Part shown: in pieces, positions 60,301-64,000 of the stretch | Numbering within the stretch: the stretch's first letter is position 1 | Layout: each line of letters begins with the position of its first letter | Origin: Sphyrna mokarran | Lineage: Eukaryota | DNA length: 64,000 nucleotides | Direction: 5' to 3' | Assembly: GCA_024679065.1 (NCBI GenBank) | Contig: JAGIQG010000043.1 | Location: forward strand, 1,240,001 to 1,304,000 | Notes under the pieces: generated by a model | What the model was told of the DNA's origin: nothing | Seen by the model: the letters and a program-made list of their open reading frames with translations, nothing else | The model's database searches: none | Made by a program: the position numbers and the translations under genes

Positions 60301-63230
60301 TAAGAGGGGATCTTATTGAAGCATATAAGATGATTAGAGGTTTAGATAGGGTGGACAGTGATAGCCTTTTTCCTAGGATGGAGAAAGCTAGCACGAGGGA
60401 CACAGCTTTAAATTAAGGGGTATGAGTTATAGGACGGATATCAGAGGTAGTTTCTTTACTCAAAGAGTGATTAGGGAGTGGAATGCCCTGCCTGCAGCTG
60501 TTGTAGATGCGCCAAGTTTGGTGGCGTTTAAGAGGTTAATTGATAAGTATATGGAAGAGAAGGGAATGGTTTAGTTTGGAGGGGCATTGCTTTTTATTTT
60601 GGTCGGCACAACATCGAAGGTCGAAGGGCCTGTTCTGTGCTGTAATGTTCTATGTTCTATGTTCTATCTCTATAATTTCCAGGATGGTCCCTACTCCCCT
60701 TTTTGAACAAAGGGACAACATTTGCCATCCTCCAGTCTTCTGGCACTATACCTGTAGCCAACGACGACATGAAGATCAAAGCCAAAGGCTCTGCAATCTC
60801 CTCACTAGCCTCCCAGAGAATCCTAGGCTAAATCCCATCTGGCCCAGGAGACTCATTAATTTTCATACCCTCAAGATTCGCTACCACCTCCCCCTTATGA
60901 ACCTCAATCCTGCCCAGTCTACAACCTGGTATCGCAGTATTCTGCCCGACAACATTGTCTTTCTCCTGCGTGAATACTGATGAAAAATATTCATTCAGTG
61001 TCTCTCCTATCTCCTCAGGCTCCACGCACAACTTCCCACTGCTATCTCTGACTGGCCCTAATCTTACCCCAACCAATCTTTTATTATTTATATACCTGTA
61101 AAAAGCTTTAGGATTCTCCTTAATCCTATCCGCCAAACTCTTCTCGTGTCCTCTTCTAGCTCTTCTCAACTCTCTCTATAGCTCCTTCCTGGATAATTTA
61201 TTGCTCTCCAGTGCCCTAACTCAGTCTTCACGTCTCATCATTGTATAAGCCTCTTTCTTCCTCTTCACCAGAGATTCAACTTCCCGAGTACACCATGGTT
61301 CCCTCACTCGACCACTTCCTCCCTGCCTGGCAGGTACATATTCATTAAGGACATGCAGTTGCTGTTACTTAAATATGCTCCACATTTCAGATGTCCCCAG
61401 CCCCTGCAATTTCCTGCCCCACCCTATGCATCCTAAATCTCTCCTAATAGCCTCATAATCACCTTTCCCCCTGCTATAACTACTGCTATTCGGTATGTGC
61501 CCATCCCTTTCCATCAATAAGTTAAACGTAACCGAATTGTGGTCACTATCACCAAAGTGCTCACCCACCTCCAAGTCTAACACCTGGTCTGGTTCTTACC
61601 CAGTACCAAATCCAATATAGCATCACCTCTTGTTGGCCTATCTACATACTGAGTCATGAAACCTTCCTGCACACATTGAACAAAAACTGACCCCTCTAAC
61701 GTACTTGAACTATAGCTTTTCCAATCGATATTAGAAAAGTTAAAGTCCCCCATTACAACTACCCTGTTACTTTCACACCTATCCAGGATCAACTTTGCAA
61801 TCCCTTCCTCTACTTCTCTGGAACTTTTTGGAGGCCTATAAAAACTCCCAACAGTGTGACCTCTCCTTTCTTGTTTCTAATCTCAGCCCACACTACCTCC
61901 GCGGACAAGTCCACATCAAACTTCTTTTCTGCCACCGTAATGCTGCCTTTAACTAACAATGCCACTCCGCACCCTCTTCTACCACCATCTCTGCTCTGAC
62001 TGAAACATCTGAACTCCGGAACCTGCAACAACCATTCCTGTCCCTGCTCTATCCACGTCTCTGAAATGGCCACAACATCGAAGTCCCAAGCACCAATCCA
62101 GGCTGCAAGTTCATCCACCTTATTGCGTATGCTCCTCGCATTAAAGTATACACACTTCAAACCACCCTCCCGTTTGCCACTATACTGCTGCGACCTAGAA
62201 ACCTTATCCGTGACCTCCCTATTCACATCCTCCTGTATACTGGCACAACAATTCAGGTTCCCATCCCCCCCCGAATCAGTTTAAACCCCCCCCGAATAGC
62301 ACTGGTAAATTTACCCCCCAAGATATTGGTACCTCTCCGGTTCAGGTGCAGACCATCCCTCTTGTAGAGGTCCCACCTTCCCCAGAATGAGCCCCAATTG
62401 TCCAAATACCTGAACCCTTCCCTCCTGCACCATCCCTTTAGCCACGAGTTCAAATGTTCCCTCTCCCTATTCTTTTCTATGCTATCCCGCGGCACAGGTA
62501 ACAAACCAGAGATAATCACTCCGTTTGTTTTAGCTCTAAGTTTCCACCCTAGCTCTCTGAATTTCTGCTTTATATCCCCATCCTTTTTCCTACCTACGTC
62601 ATGGGTACCTACATGCACCACAACTTGGGGCTGGTTCCCCTCCCCATTAAAGATCCCGAACACTCGGTCAGAGATATCACTGACCCCAGTGCCCGGGAAG
62701 CAACATACCAACCTGTCCCCTTAACTAGGGAGTCCCCAGTCACTAATCCAGATCTTTTCTTCCCCCTTCCCACCTGAGCATCAAGGACAGGCTCAACTCC
62801 TGATACCCGTACTCCATAACTTATCCCGGTTCTATCTTCATCCCCAACAGCATCCAAAGCAGAGTACTTATTACGTAGAGGAACAGCCTCAGGGGAACTC
62901 TGCACTGACTGCTTCTTACCCCTTCTAACAGTCACCCATGTATCACATTTAGGAGTAACTATCTCCCTGTAGCTTTTATCAACAGCCATCTCTGCTTCCC
63001 TAATAATTCTTAGTTCCTCCAGTTCCAGCTCCAGGTCCCTAACACGGTCCTCAAGGAGGTGGAACTGGATGCACCTCTGGCAGGTGTAATCAGCTGGGAC
63101 ACTACCAGTGTCCCTCACCTCAAACATCCCACAGGAGGTACATCGCACTGCCTGCACTGCCATCCCTATTACTTCCTTTACACAGAAACAAACATAAACT
63201 TAAACTTACCTGCTCACTCTCCTAGTCGCT
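57374..63230 (-). mobile_element. Near full-length CR1 LINE (ORF1 and ORF2 broken), interrupted by a nested LINE at 58737-60668
   Basis: ORFs 62609-63163, 62253-62711, 61810-62226, 58189-58479, 57403-58179; (CATAGAA)n tail at the left end. Confidence 0.93.
58737..60668 (+). mobile_element. 5'-truncated CR1 LINE nested antisense inside another CR1
   Basis: RT motifs and TTCTATG tail; host sequence ggctcaccgg|tctataatttcc resumes on both sides (uninterrupted in the copy near 27931-27960). Confidence 0.92.
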
Positions 63231-63499
63231 CTCCATTTTTTTGCTGGAGGCAGGCATTCCGGAGTTATTTAAGAAATACTTAGATGGGCACATGGACAGA
63301 ATGGGAATGGAGGGGTATAGAAAACTGATTTAAAATAGGGATCATGTTCCTTGGGAGTTCCTGGGAAGTGTGTAAATAGATGATTAGATTGGTGTACTTG
63401 TTTTTATCCTTCAGATGTTTAGTCCACTTTGTTGTCTAACAAGGGGCATATACGCGATGGGTCGTGAGAGGGGTGCTCTTGGATTTTTCCGAGCGTATC

Positions 63500-63857
63500 C
63501 TTATTGAAACATATAAGATGGTTAGAGGTTTAGATAGGGTGGACAGTGATAGCCTTTTTCTTTGGATGGAGAAAGCGAGCACGAGGGGACATAGCTTTAA
63601 ATTAAGGGGTGGTAGTTTTAGGACGGATGTCAGAGGCAGGTTCTTTACCCAGAGGGTAGTAAGGGTATGGAATGCCCTGCCTGCTGCAGTTGTAGATGCG
63701 CCAAGTTTGGTGGCGTTTTAGAGGTTAGTAGATAAGTTTATGGACGAAAAGGGAATGGTTTAGGTTCGAGGGTCATTGCTTTTCCCTAATTGGTCGGCGC
63801 AACATCGAAGGCCGAAGGGCCTGTTCCGCGCTGTAATGTTCTATGTTCGATGTTCTA
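63500..63857 (+). mobile_element. CR1 3' fragment flanked by tatcct
   Basis: ETYKMVRGLDRVD..; the empty paralogous site is visible near 29729-29740. Confidence 0.88.
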
Positions 63858-64000
63858 TCCTAGTGCTTCACGTTGTTAGTGTACGCTTGATCTGGAACAT
63901 TTGATGGACAACACGACCGCTCAGTTACTATCGCTTTGTTGTGCAGATACCTGAATTTGTGCCTGTAACTGTGGGAGTTTGCGCATTCTCCCCGTGCTTG

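Overview
Vertebrate genomic DNA, almost certainly a cartilaginous fish (shark-type HE1/V-SINEs and CR1/HER1-type LINEs with (TTCTATG)n tails make up most of the window; two 100-N gaps). The main content is a head-to-tail pair of intron-containing, non-rearranging antigen-receptor-like genes on the + strand, rebuilt by hand from splice sites and intron phases. Each has a leader exon, one germline-joined VJ exon, a C1-type exon, a Cys-preceded uncharged TM exon and a multi-exon cytoplasmic tail ending in a YxxL motif. Gene A (5992-13422, 303 aa) is intact and has a canonical J motif (FGNGSKLVIT) but no RSS. Gene B (18361-30558) has two stop codons, both arising only when its V exon is included, so skipping V would give an open 227-aa single-C1 receptor. 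Also present: a U1 snRNA copy truncated at the Sm site, a degenerate tRNA-Ile copy, candidate ETS/RUNX/STAT/IRF site clusters, nested LINE insertions, unclassified paralogous segments and a 2.3-kb duplication around a gap that is probably an assembly artefact. Gene models are manual predictions without transcript evidence; repeat boundaries are approximate.
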